Below are positions 9,775 through 20,800 of a DNA stretch of 39,064 nucleotides, piece after piece; positions within the stretch are counted from its first letter, which is position 1; each line of letters starts with the position of its first letter. Below the pieces are notes generated by a model. It was given only the letters and a program-made list of their open reading frames with translations. It had not been told where the DNA came from and did not search any database. Source of the DNA: Spirogloea muscicola (lineage: Eukaryota); the NCBI GenBank assembly GCA_009602725.1, contig WELB01000018.1:799831-838894 (forward strand), written 5' to 3'. The translations under genes and the position numbers were made by a program.

Positions 9775-11670
9775 CCTGGCTGTAGCCCTTAGCAACCAGC
9801 TTGGCCTTGTGCCTCTCCACCTCGCCAGCAGCTATTTTCTTCACCTTGAGAACCAGGTTGATGTCAATTGTCCCATTGAGGTACTTGATGAGGGCCTTCA
9901 CTCCAGTACATTGCTGGTACTCTGGTGCACTTATATGTGCTGGCTCAGCTTCCCCACAGCTGCTGCCACATCGGCCTCGTGCCCACGGTGAGGTACATGA
10001 TACTCCCAACTGCCTGAGCAAAAGGGAAAGGAAGCCTCCACCTCCTTGTCTTGCTGCATTGGGCTGTCTGTTGATCTCAAAGATCTGCTTGAGGTCGTGC
10101 TTCTAGCTAAGCTCCACCTGTCTTGCAGCTCTGGTCCTCTTGATCTGGATGCCGAGCAGGTACTTTACTTCTCCCAGGTCCTTCATCTTGAAACCTGCCT
10201 CCTCTTCCCACTCCTTGGCATCTGGCCTCTTCAAAGCCTCTGCCAGAGTGATGGGCTCCACCTGATTATTAGCCAGCATGGCTTGCTCAGCTGTACCTGC
10301 ATATAGTTCCTGCTGGCTTGTTGCCAGCACCTGCCCCTGCAGCTCCTCCCCAAGTCGTTGCCCAGCTGGTGGATCAGCCGGCCGTGGTGCATGCAGGATC
10401 ACCAGCTGCTCCAATGCAGCTGCCTCCTGCTTGTCTCCTGCCTGATCTATTGACAGCACCTGCTGGCCTGTTGGCAGTGGCCCCACCAGTTCCATGTGCA
10501 CCAGCTGCAGCGGCTCCTTTGTCACAGTTGTGAAGTGGGGGAAGTGCCCTTGTGCTGCTTCCCCGGCTGGCACCCCTGGCAAATGCCCAGCTCCTCCTCC
10601 TTCAAGTTGTTGGAGTCGAGTCCCTTGGCCAATCCTTTGGCCTGCAGCTCCTTGAGCTGCTTCACTCCAAGATGGCCGAGTTGCTAGTGCCAGAGCAAGA
10701 GCCTGCTCGTCTCACCTCCTGCTGCCACAAAGGCAACCTCCTCCTTCACCTCCACCACCTGGGGCTTGCTATGCAGCTTGAAATGCTGGTGCTGCAGTCT
10801 GGCCACACCCAGCAGCTTGCCCTTGTAGCTCCTAATCCAGCATTGGCCCGCCTCGAAGCTGACGTCGGCTCCCCTCTCGGTCATCTGAGAGACAGAGAGC
10901 AGGCTGGTAGATGCCAGGTACATGCAGCACCTCGGCGAGGAGGATCTCGGTCTTCTTCCCTTGGACGCGATGACGCAGCACCACTGATCCCACGCCGGTC
11001 ACCTGCAGGGTCTCCGTGTTGCCAAAGGTGACAGTCTGCCCTTCGACCGGCGTGTAGCCACGCAGCCACTCCCTCCTCCCTGTCATGTGGGCGGTGGCTC
11101 CACTGTCAACGATCCAGTGGTTGTCTGGTTGCTGGCCATGGTGCTGGTGGAGCAGGGAGAAACCCGTGTGCTCAGGTTGCCGGTCATCCTCCTTGGAGCT
11201 CCAGCAATCCCGGGCCCAATGGCCCCTCTTCTTGCAGGAGTTGCAGATGTCTTCGCGACGGTCCCTTCTGGGCCTCCATACACTATCCGGCCTCCTCGAC
11301 GCTTGCTGTCGCCCATGATCAGCCTTGCTGACAGCTGCCGCCGCCACCATGCTGACTTGCTTGTCGTGCTCCAGCATCTTCTCCTCTTGCAGGAACGTCT
11401 CAGCCACTCGCTGGAAGGTGAGGCCTTCCACAAAGCCCAGAGGGATCACCACTTGCAGCCATTCTGGCCGCATGGACTGGAGCAGGGCCTCTGTCCCCTC
11501 CTCTTCCTCCACCTTGGGGTCGGCCGCCCGCAGCTCCGCCGTGATGCCTTCCAGCCTTGAGATGTGTTCGGCCATCGGCTTCTTGGGGTCACGCCGCGCC
11601 TCCCACAGCTGCTTGCGGAGGTAGGCCACGCGGAGTTTAACCTCGCACCGTGTGTACCAGACGTTCGCCT
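9775..11670 (-). pseudogene. Fragmented copia gag-pol
   Basis: Gag (EHISRLEGITAELRA..LLQSMRPEW), CNSCKKRGHWARDC knuckle, protease WIVDSGATAHM, frameshift near 10920, LLWH*QLGH, EPLQLVHMELVGP (integrase start), EPITLAEAL, FKMKDLGEVKYLLGIQI, ERHKAKLVAKGYSQ. The integrase core, YVDD and RNase H are missing. Confidence 0.9.
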
Positions 11671-11678
11671 CGCTGCCG

Positions 11679-11690
11679 CCTCTGGTACCA
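11679..11690 (-). other. Primer binding site, tRNA-iMet-like
   Basis: TGGTACCAGAGG, 2 nt after the CA end of the 5' LTR; resembles the plant TGGTATCAGAGC PBS. Confidence 0.7.
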
Positions 11691-11692
11691 CG

Positions 11693-12108
11693 TGGAAGAT
11701 TGCCGGCATCCAAGACGCCTGGCCGCGGAGGCGTGAAGGTCGTCCAAGCGAGGCTAATCGAGAGCGCGTCCAGGCAGCGGTGGGGTTGGCGGCGGGGAGC
11801 AGCGTGGGACAGGAGAGACGGAGTGTGGAAGGACGTCGCTCGACTGAGCTTAGTGGTGGGCAAGTGGCCCTGCCTTGTGCCTTGTGTGCCAGGCGCGTCG
11901 TCCCCGGTCTGCCACTGGGACCACCGGTGACCGACCATGACCGGCGGGCAACAGCCGTGGCGCCGCCATTGGGCCACTATCACTGAGCGGCCCCACGCAA
12001 CTACCGGGTAATGGCCGCAAGCCAGACCTGGGGTTAGGTTAGGGCACTATGGATTTCCATCAGCCAAGCTCAGGCCTTTTACCGCAGAGGTTTACCCCGG
12101 ATCCAACA
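11693..12108 (-). repeat. 5' LTR (416 bp)
   Basis: Reads TGTTGGATCC...CTTCCA on the minus strand, is followed by the PBS and is homologous to 8924-9666. Confidence 0.85.
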
Positions 12109-12432
12109 ACAGGCAAGCCCTCCTCACCTAACCCCCCCGGGAGATTTGACCCCAAGCTGGCCGCCCTCCACGCGCGCGCGCCGGAAGACGTGCCCAAGTG
12201 CGGGCTGCCTCTCAGCACGTCGCCGGTTCGCATCCCCTCCGGCTCTGGCTCCGCTGAGGGGTGCAAAAAGATGAAGTCCAAAGGCATGGACTGTAGTGTA
12301 GTTCTTTTCCGGCACCTCTTTCTTTGGCTTGGGATATTGTCCATTCTTTTCGGGCTGGCTTTGCCAGCCACTCTTCTCTACGGGCGAACACTTGCTCCGC
12401 GGCTTGGTGAAACGAGCGTGTACTGAGAGAAA

Positions 12433-13098
12433 TGGAGGGCCTGTGTGGCCATGTACAAAGGCAAGCACATTGACAAATATACGTCAGCTGCTGCTAAGCT
12501 GACTCGCTCAGTAACCACGAGTCAGCACATAGAGGTCGCTAACTGATGCCCGAATACCGGACGCAATTGACAAGCTTTTGAGCTACCAGCTAAGGCTCGA
12601 CCAGCTTTCCGATGCAACGCATGAGCCTGAGCTCGCTGCAGACAAGCTGACACTCGACGTCGCAAGAATGGCTAGGCGAGGAAGTAAGCTCCTCCAGAGG
12701 ACTTTTGCACCGCCGAGACGGTCGCGCCTTTGCAGCAGCCTCTGGCTTGCGCAGCAATGCTGCCCTTCCTCCCCTCAGCTCATCTGACTTTCAATCTACT
12801 GACCCGGGGGTACTAAGCGGGCCAGCTCTGTCTGCCTAGCCTGTGGCTCCGCTTATATACATATGAACCCCCTCTGTATGCACATACTTACTGGAAGCGT
12901 CTTCCCTCTGTATGCACACCTGGCTGGCTTCTACAGCCGCTCTATTATCATCAGCAGCCGCATCGTCCAGAGGATAAGTGTGTCGTCAGTGGTGGAGGGC
13001 CTAAGTGGCCAAGTAGAAAGGCTTGACAGATGTAGATTTCCTGCTACTAAATTGACACGCTCAGTAGCCACGAGTCAGCACGTAGAGGTCGCTAACTG
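12433..13098 (+). repeat. Diverged ~110 bp direct repeat (12433-12545 and 12993-13098)
   Basis: Both copies start TGGAGGGCCT..GTGGCCA.GTA.AAAGGC and end CGCTCAGTA(A/G)CCACGAGTCAGCAC(A/G)TAGAGGTCGCTAACTG. Confidence 0.85.
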
Positions 13099-13226
13099 GA
13101 GGGCTGTGAAATGTACAAATAATTGAGCTGGCCTCTCACGGCCATTGCTTTACATGGAAGAGCTGTTTCGGTTTCTGTTTTTCTAACGAAAGGGGGAAAG
13201 GCGCTCTTCCAAAGGGGGCGAGGGCT

Positions 13227-14275
13227 GTGAATAGCCAGCCCGAAGGCCTGAAATTCTGTTTCTTTGTGAAAGGCCTTTTAGAGCTTGCTAGAGCGCTTGT
13301 GGGCATGCTCTCAAGATATACAGAAGTGCAGAAGACCTCGTTGTGGCAGCTGGCAGAATCGGCCGGCAACATCAAAACACTGCAGATTCAAGGCAACATA
13401 GGTGGCAAAATCTTGAAGTGGGGGCCCAGCTCTCCATATATGCAACCTATCCGTACCTAGACGTGCCGATTTCACGAGGTAGAGCTATTGATTGTGTCCC
13501 TCTTTGACTATTCAGATGACTAGGAAGTTGTAACACCTTATCATGCGGAGTAACACCGACAAGCTTCTGCGGGTGCCCATGCAAGCAGGACTTCTTCGGC
13601 ATATAGAGCTTGTTAGGGTGGGTGCTCATGGGAATAGTAGATATGCAGGGGAGCACAAGACAGCTTGACAGATGTCCTAGAAGTGCTTGATAAGCCAGGA
13701 ACCCATGCAACTTGAAGGCCAATGATAAGTCAATCATGGACCACGCAATAACTTTGGAAGTCGCTCCAGCCTCCTACGAGCAAATCATGCATACCAGTGA
13801 AGCAGTGTCAGACTGATGTGCACTGGTTGGGACAGGGTACTGTCGACTATGCAACATGCAGCAAAGCACCGTCTTGTCAGGTGCCTTACAGAAGTGTAAT
13901 CTACACCTCAGATACTGTTGGCAGCACAACAGGCGCCTCCAAGGTCCTTGAAGTCATTGACCAGGTGCGTCCTGCTATCAACTGAAGCAACCACCACTGC
14001 TTGATAACGGCTGTGTAAGCTGGTACACAATGACAGATCGACTTAAGCAGCCTACTACATCTACTAAGGAACGACAACGTCTTCGCTGCCCTATGCAAAA
14101 CACCCCCTCCCACCCCCGCCTTGCCAAATTTTCTAAAGCAGGCCGAGGTGTCACAGAGCTGCTTGATATATGGCATACCCACAATGTAATGAGACTTTCA
14201 TCGATTGTGACAGATTGCAAAAGATTGCCCAAAGTACTCAGAGACTCCCAGGCAACCCTACCAGAAGATGACTAA
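13227..14275 (+). pseudogene. Possible highly decayed Ty3/gypsy (chromovirus-like) relic
   Basis: Weak motifs in the expected order: FFVKGL (gag-like), GASKVLEVIDQV..YQLKQPP (GPY/F-like), DRLK, GRGVTELLDIW..LPKVLRDSQATLP (chromodomain-like). Many frameshifts. Confidence 0.3.
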
Positions 14276-14859
14276 GTCTCTGACTTAAGCTCAATAGACT
14301 ACCTGAGGAAGAAAGTATGTAAATGGGCTTCCCTTGGAGGCTTGGCCAGAGCTAACCAAGCATCCTCACAAGCGAAGGTGCTGGACATGCTCAAGCTCCA
14401 TACATAATTGGAGGGTGCATGCACAACTATATGCATGCAGGAAGCGCAGACGTCTTTTCTATAATTAGTGAACGAGCTTATAATTGAATCAATGTTAGAG
14501 AGCCAAACCGAAAGAGAGCCACCCACAAATACGTCGATGGACTTCCCTGGTACAGGGCGTCCTACAAGGGCCCCCACAGTCCTATCTGGTGCAATATCGT
14601 ACAGGCAACGTCCAGGCACCTGCCAGGTGCCCAGGTGCCCAGTCTGACACCTGCTCGGTGTCTGCTTGTGGTCAAAGTGAAACGTCTCAGCACGCAGAAG
14701 TCCAACCAAGTGTCCTCTATCAACTTGCCCAATACCACGTGAGCAGGGGCAAGCTCCTGGCTATAGGGCCATCAGGGCCAAAGCCATACGAGGCACAATG
14801 ATGTACTGGGAAGGGACACGTGACCAGTGAAAGATTAAAGTGCATATCCCACAAGTACC

Positions 14860-17800
14860 TCAGTCCACTTCAAGCCACGCCAACCTTGCCCTTTCTTCCG
14901 GCTCCAATTCCTTCACCTTACGAACCTTGGCAATGACACCCTCAAGCTCAGCCTTCCGCACAGGCTTGCTCAGGTACAGATTCATCCCAGCCTCCTTGCA
15001 CTCGTCCTCAATACCTGGCCCTACATCTGCCGTCAGAGCTGCAACAATGGGCTGCTCTGCCACAGGAAAGTTGACCTGCAATGCACCACCAACTAAGTGA
15101 ATTGCTTAGTGGCTCACCCTAGAACCACTATGAACTCCCTACAACGTCTTTCAGGCAGCAGTAACTTGCACTATCAGTCTGCTTGTGATACAATGACAGA
15201 GGCAGACTGCTAAATGAACAAATGTGCAGGCTGACAGTTGAAATGTGATAAGTTGGAAGGTAACACTTGATGATGTGATTAGTCTATTGCAAAGGTTTAG
15301 GCTTATTACTCGCAAGCGCCTCGTGGCTGTCAGACCATCCATCTCGGGCATTTGAAGGTCCATAAGGATCAGGTCATATTGCTTGTCCTTCATTTTCTCC
15401 AGGACCTGCTCACAACAATATCCAAATTAGTGTAATATGATGAGCTTCATATGAGCACATACGAGATTCCAGATATAATCGGATTATAGCCACAGTCCGT
15501 GGCATGTTGGACAGGAGCCAGACACAAGTTTCAAAGATGAGCAACCAATACGGTGCCATAACCTTCACCCTTGCGGATGATCACTTCAACTCAGGCTTGC
15601 TCAAGAACATAAAAACCACCGAGCAGATGAAGTATGCATAGATGGACACTAGGTGTACTGTCACGATGATCAAAGCCCAGGACAAGAGAAAAATAGACAA
15701 CGACAAAGACAGAGGGTCTGGGGTAGCACGTATGTATACCTTGACCCCATTAATTACTGTCTCACAGTCTGCATGTCCGAGACCCTTGAGCAATTTCAGG
15801 AGCACCTGTGCTTGGCAAAAGAGGGAGCAACTAAATATTCGATAAAAATCAAATACTTTGAAGCCCTTTACATTACAATCGAAACAAAGGAGGACAGGCC
15901 GTGTGCTCCTCCACATATAGACCATGAATTCAGGACGTTACCACAGACATCCACAAGTGCAACAATACAGAGTGAAATAACAACGACAATGCATTCAGAA
16001 GGTACGTGGACCCATGAAGATCATCCGTCCCGTGGTTGAGAACATGTGCATGACAATACCTTTTGGTTGATGAGGTTGTCTTCCGCAATCAATATACTGA
16101 GCTCCGTGGAAACTGTGGCATGGGTGGCCTTTGGCTTTTCCACAACCTTTGCATGCCAGGAAAGCAGAGCCAGGTGGTCAAGACAACAGCCCAAAGAAGA
16201 ACCATAACCAGCACAAGGGGTGCAATCACAGTCACACTGGCGTAATAAGTTCTTCTATTGGAGTACCTGAACCTTGGCCAACGTGTCAACCAGTAGCTTC
16301 CGCATCTGATTGATACGCACAGGCCTGGAGAGAGTGCCTGTCACTTCCTGCATTTACCAGTGCAGATCTAGAATGAAGATATAGCTTGGAACCATACAGC
16401 TTGCCGTCTGCCTGGCCTGACATGCATACCCTTCCATTGGACAAGACACAGAAGAGCCCATCTGCCTCCATATATCTCAGGACGAAAGCATGCCATAGGT
16501 GCATAGCGCATGGTGCAGCTGTCAGCAATAATCAATGCAAGCTACTCATTACAGCGGTGATGATGTCATGGAATTGATCCTACCATCTTCGAAGCATCGA
16601 TGCCGGTTTGAGACCTTGTGTGCTTTGCTAGTAAGAGGAAGGTTGGGACCCGGCCTTGAGTGCACTGGCAGCCTATCTGAGTGAACTTGAGGGCAGCCTC
16701 GTGCTCCATAGCAAAATTGACCAGATGGTCCTCCGCGACCTTCTTCTCCACGCTTGTGATTGGGCAGTCCACCAACACGACATCGAATGCTCCACTCCCG
16801 CCATTGCCTCCAGCTTCTGTTGTGCTGGCATGTTTCACAAGACTGTCCTCATTTGACTGCCTGCTCCTGATGCGAGACAGAGACGATGAGATCTCGAAGT
16901 CCTTGGCTGCGGTGACAGGAGGGCTGGGTTGCGGGAAGGTGGGACGTGTTTGAGTGACTGGCTTTCTAAGTGAGGGGCCTGGTTCGCCAAGTGCAGCATA
17001 AACTTCGTCCTCCGTGGTAGCCTCGACACAGACCATGCCCCAGGCTCTGAGGATCGATCCCACCATCCTGTGGAACGTCGGCGTGGAGCCCACTAAAAGA
17101 GCTCGCTTGCCGCTCAGCGGAGTGGGAAGCGCCGTCATGGCAGTTTCATACGTCAACCGGTCAGTCTCAGTAGTAACATGCCGGGAGAGGGTGGCCCACG
17201 GCTGTTTAGCCCCGTGAGCCATGATGGTAAAGTAAAAGGAAGATCCTTTGCCTAGCTGGGTTTCCACCCAGATCCTGCCTCCCATTCTCTCTGTCAAGTC
17301 TTTGGCTATTGCCATGCCCAGGCCCGTGCCTGCCAAAAATATCAGAACCCAATCTCAGCAGCCGCTTGGCCTTCATGGAGCACTATGCCAAGCCCAATGT
17401 AGACCGAGTCTGCCCAGAAGCCCTCATAAGTGGCCCTCATCAGTGTGTCACTTACTAGAAGAAGCCCTGTATGCACTTTGAAGAAACAAGTTGCAAATTT
17501 ACAACTTTCACAAGCAACAGCAAGGCAGGGGTACACAAGGCAGGCCAGAAGATGCAAGTCACAGATGATACGGGGTGCCAATGCTAGTCAACATCTTTGC
17601 ACCCAGCACTGAAGAAACTTCTCATTCAATCTAGATTGAACTTTTCAATGTTAAGTACTCACCTTCATACTTCCTGGTTCTTGAGTTGTCACACTGGGTG
17701 AATGCCTCAAATATGACATGTGCAAACTCAGCCGGCATGCCAATTCCTAGAGGAGAATGGAGGAGTAAAACAATGTACTTAGCTAGACAAAACTTTCATA

Positions 17801-20800
17801 ACCACAGTCACAACGAGGTCGTCCCTTTCGGATTGGATAAATTGAACACTTTCTGCAAGATAATGCTGATCCCTTCCTGTTTACAATCTCACTTAGACCA
17901 GGAGCACTTGTAGGAGAACGCTTGGCTACGCTTGGCAGAAGGCAAGCAAGAGTTGGTTGAACGCTGGTCCCCACCTGTATCCCTAACACAGAATTCGATC
18001 TCAAAATTCGGTAGGACCTCCCAGTCCTTAGGCTCAACTTCACCATACTGCAGCATCTCTCCACCAAGCTCTATTGAAGGCCTCCTTCGAGGTCGTGCTT
18101 TCACAGATACCTCTACCTCACCACCTTCATCGGTAAATTTTGCTGAACAAGGATAACATACAAAAGGCATGTCAGAACCCAGTCAGCTGCCCAGAAGAAC
18201 ATGGCATGAGATTGAAGAACAATGTTCATTGGCCATACCTGCATTGGAGAGCAGGTTGGTAAGGATTTGGCGAAGGCGAACCTCATCGGCCCAGATGTAC
18301 CTGCACATGAAATAGAAGGTCAGGAGTCGAACCAACAAGCAACTGAAAATCTGCAATCAAGGGCTCGTCAACACGAGGAGAAGACCATAGCAGAGCCAAT
18401 AGCAGTAGGGCAACTAGTATTCATACTGACAAAAGGCTATTGACAAAATGTCAACTGCGCCAGGCGGTCCACTCACAAGGGCACATTTTCATCAGTGTTG
18501 TATGAAAGATCAAGACCCTTCTTCTGACATCGGAGAACAAGCATCTCCATGCAGAAATCAAGGCAGCTCATGATGTCAAACTCCTTCATCTGTAATTCCA
18601 TCTTGTGTGCATCAAGCTGCAGACAGCATATGACAAACAAGAGCAGTCAAGATCTGCCTTACTTCTTGTTACAATGGAGATTTCTGACAAATCTTACGCT
18701 AGGGTAAAGACAAACCCAGTGGAAAGCCGCCTACTTGCCTTTGAGAAGTCCAAGATGTCATTGATGAGGGACAAGAGTTGCTGACCAGATCTGACCCATC
18801 TCAAAAGCATCAAAGGCGGATATTCAGATTTCTTTCATCTCCTTGGCCAGACAAAGGAAGCCTCCAAAAGCGTAACAATGGCAACCATCTCAATTACAAG
18901 CAAATCACTACCAGGTCCTCAGCACTACACCTCCAAGCCAACAGGTTTGACATTCAAGCTGTTCTCGAATCAAGTGCTTACCCATGGATCATCATGGACA
19001 ATTCCAATTGATCATTGCTGAGATTACAAGTGTCTTGGAGGAGCTGACTACATGCTATGATGGCATTCATAGGTGTCCTGATCTCGTGACTGATATTGGC
19101 CACAAATTGCCTCTTTGCTTTTGCAGAGGCCAACTTTGCAACTTCTGCTAACTGCATGGCGGAACCCAGAGAAAAGCGATCGGCAGTCATGACACTCTTC
19201 TTTTGATGAGTAAGTACAGATGATGAGCCAGCACAGGATGCATGGGCTACACAAATAGCATCAAGTGCAAATATCTGGCCCTCCTCTTGTAACAGCCAAG
19301 CTTCACCTGCTGTACTAGTTTAAGACGTAGCTGAAGGAAGATAGAATAAGGAGCACTTACACGCATTTTCTCCAACTGGAGCTCTTTTTCTCGTCGAACA
19401 GTGCAGTCAGAGAGGATCCCAAAATAGTATCTGTCGATGAGTACTGAAGCCAATCAGATCTGATCAAGATTCACACAAATATCATGCAACTTTGAAATTA
19501 AGCTGAGTTGGTTCTCTTTGCTAAGAAGTCGAGAAAGAGCAGGCACCTCTTATTTAAATCCATGGACGAGCCATTCACAATTGTCCCATTAGAGGTGATC
19601 ACTGGTCGAATCCTAAGCCAATTCCAGAAAGGCGTTCCATCCTTGCGGTAATTAATAATTTCCACCGATGCTGACCGGCCCTCCATGCAAGCCACTTTGA
19701 GTATGGCAACAGTGGCCTGATCAGTCAGAGGGCCCTGAACATCAAGAGATATCCATCAGAACTTGGGCCCAGCAAACCCTGCACACAGCAGACTCAAATT
19801 GGGCCCAGCACAGTGGCCAAGCTGCCAATCCCCTTCTAACCCATGAACAAAGGTGCAGAATGGGAGCACAGATCCTTATACTTACTTGTAGAAAGGACCC
19901 ACAATGAAGACCCACGCTTTCTTTTAGCGTGTAGCCAGTGATCTTTTCCCAACCCTCATTAACAAACACAATTGGTTGGCCCTTCTGTGAAAGGTCACAC
20001 AAGACCAGCCCTTCGCTAAACGCATCTGCAAAGCAGCCAGAATACATAAACAGAGCAGTCAGCTGACAGAGACCAACCCGTAGCTGGGTTCAAGGACGGC
20101 AAGCAGGCTTGCAAACCTTGCCATGACGTTGTTGATGTGAAGCTGCAAGCAACTTGCTCAGTACCATCTCATGACATACCAATTGCAAGCAGTAAACCCT
20201 TCTTGTCCTCCTCAAACTTTTCTGCCTGCATGCGCTGGAGCTCAAGCTGCTGCGTATGCTTTTCTATTTCCTGGCCAAGCAACCCGTGGTTCAATTTCAG
20301 TAGAAAGATGACATGCTGATAAGCACCTTCTCATCTACTATGTGTCACTGCTGCTACGATAGTCCAAATTTGAAGCACACAACCACAAACCAGCTCTGCA
20401 GAACAAACCATGAGATGAGGAAGCTTACCAAGACTACAAGCTGAGCAAGAGAGAGAAGAAGATCTTCTTCTTGTTGGGTAAATTGCCTTGGCTTAAAATC
20501 AATGACGCACCTAAAAACAAACACGCGTACAATTGTAACGTATCAGATAGTAATGAGCATGTCTGCCACAAAGCCAGACTACCACGTTGTGGCACAAGCC
20601 CTGGTACAAGATAGTATCTTCTATCTGCAACTTCCACGTCTGTATTTTGCCAAGAGCACCCAATAAGATCTTCACAATCAAGCACATGTAAGTGCATACA
20701 ATGATCCCAGCACAAATCCACCAGATGTCAACAGCGGAGCTCCAGCATAGAAACGAATATGAGGAGCTCCTGTAACCTGCCATAGATGCACATGCTGGAG

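Larger units (their letters stand above)
8924..12108 (-). mobile_element. Internally deleted, non-autonomous Ty1/copia LTR retrotransposon
   Basis: Two homologous TG..CA LTRs, a PBS, a PPT, and gag/zinc knuckle/protease/integrase/RT fragments with integrase before RT. No target-site duplication found. Confidence 0.9.

Noticed and set aside
12030..12045. GGGGTTAGGTTAGGG as an interstitial telomere
   Set aside because: Only about two imperfect units, inside the LTR; too short to support.
19885..19915. Canonical LOV/phototropin call
   Set aside because: GxNCRFLQ and the active-site Gln are not conserved; reported only as LOV-like.
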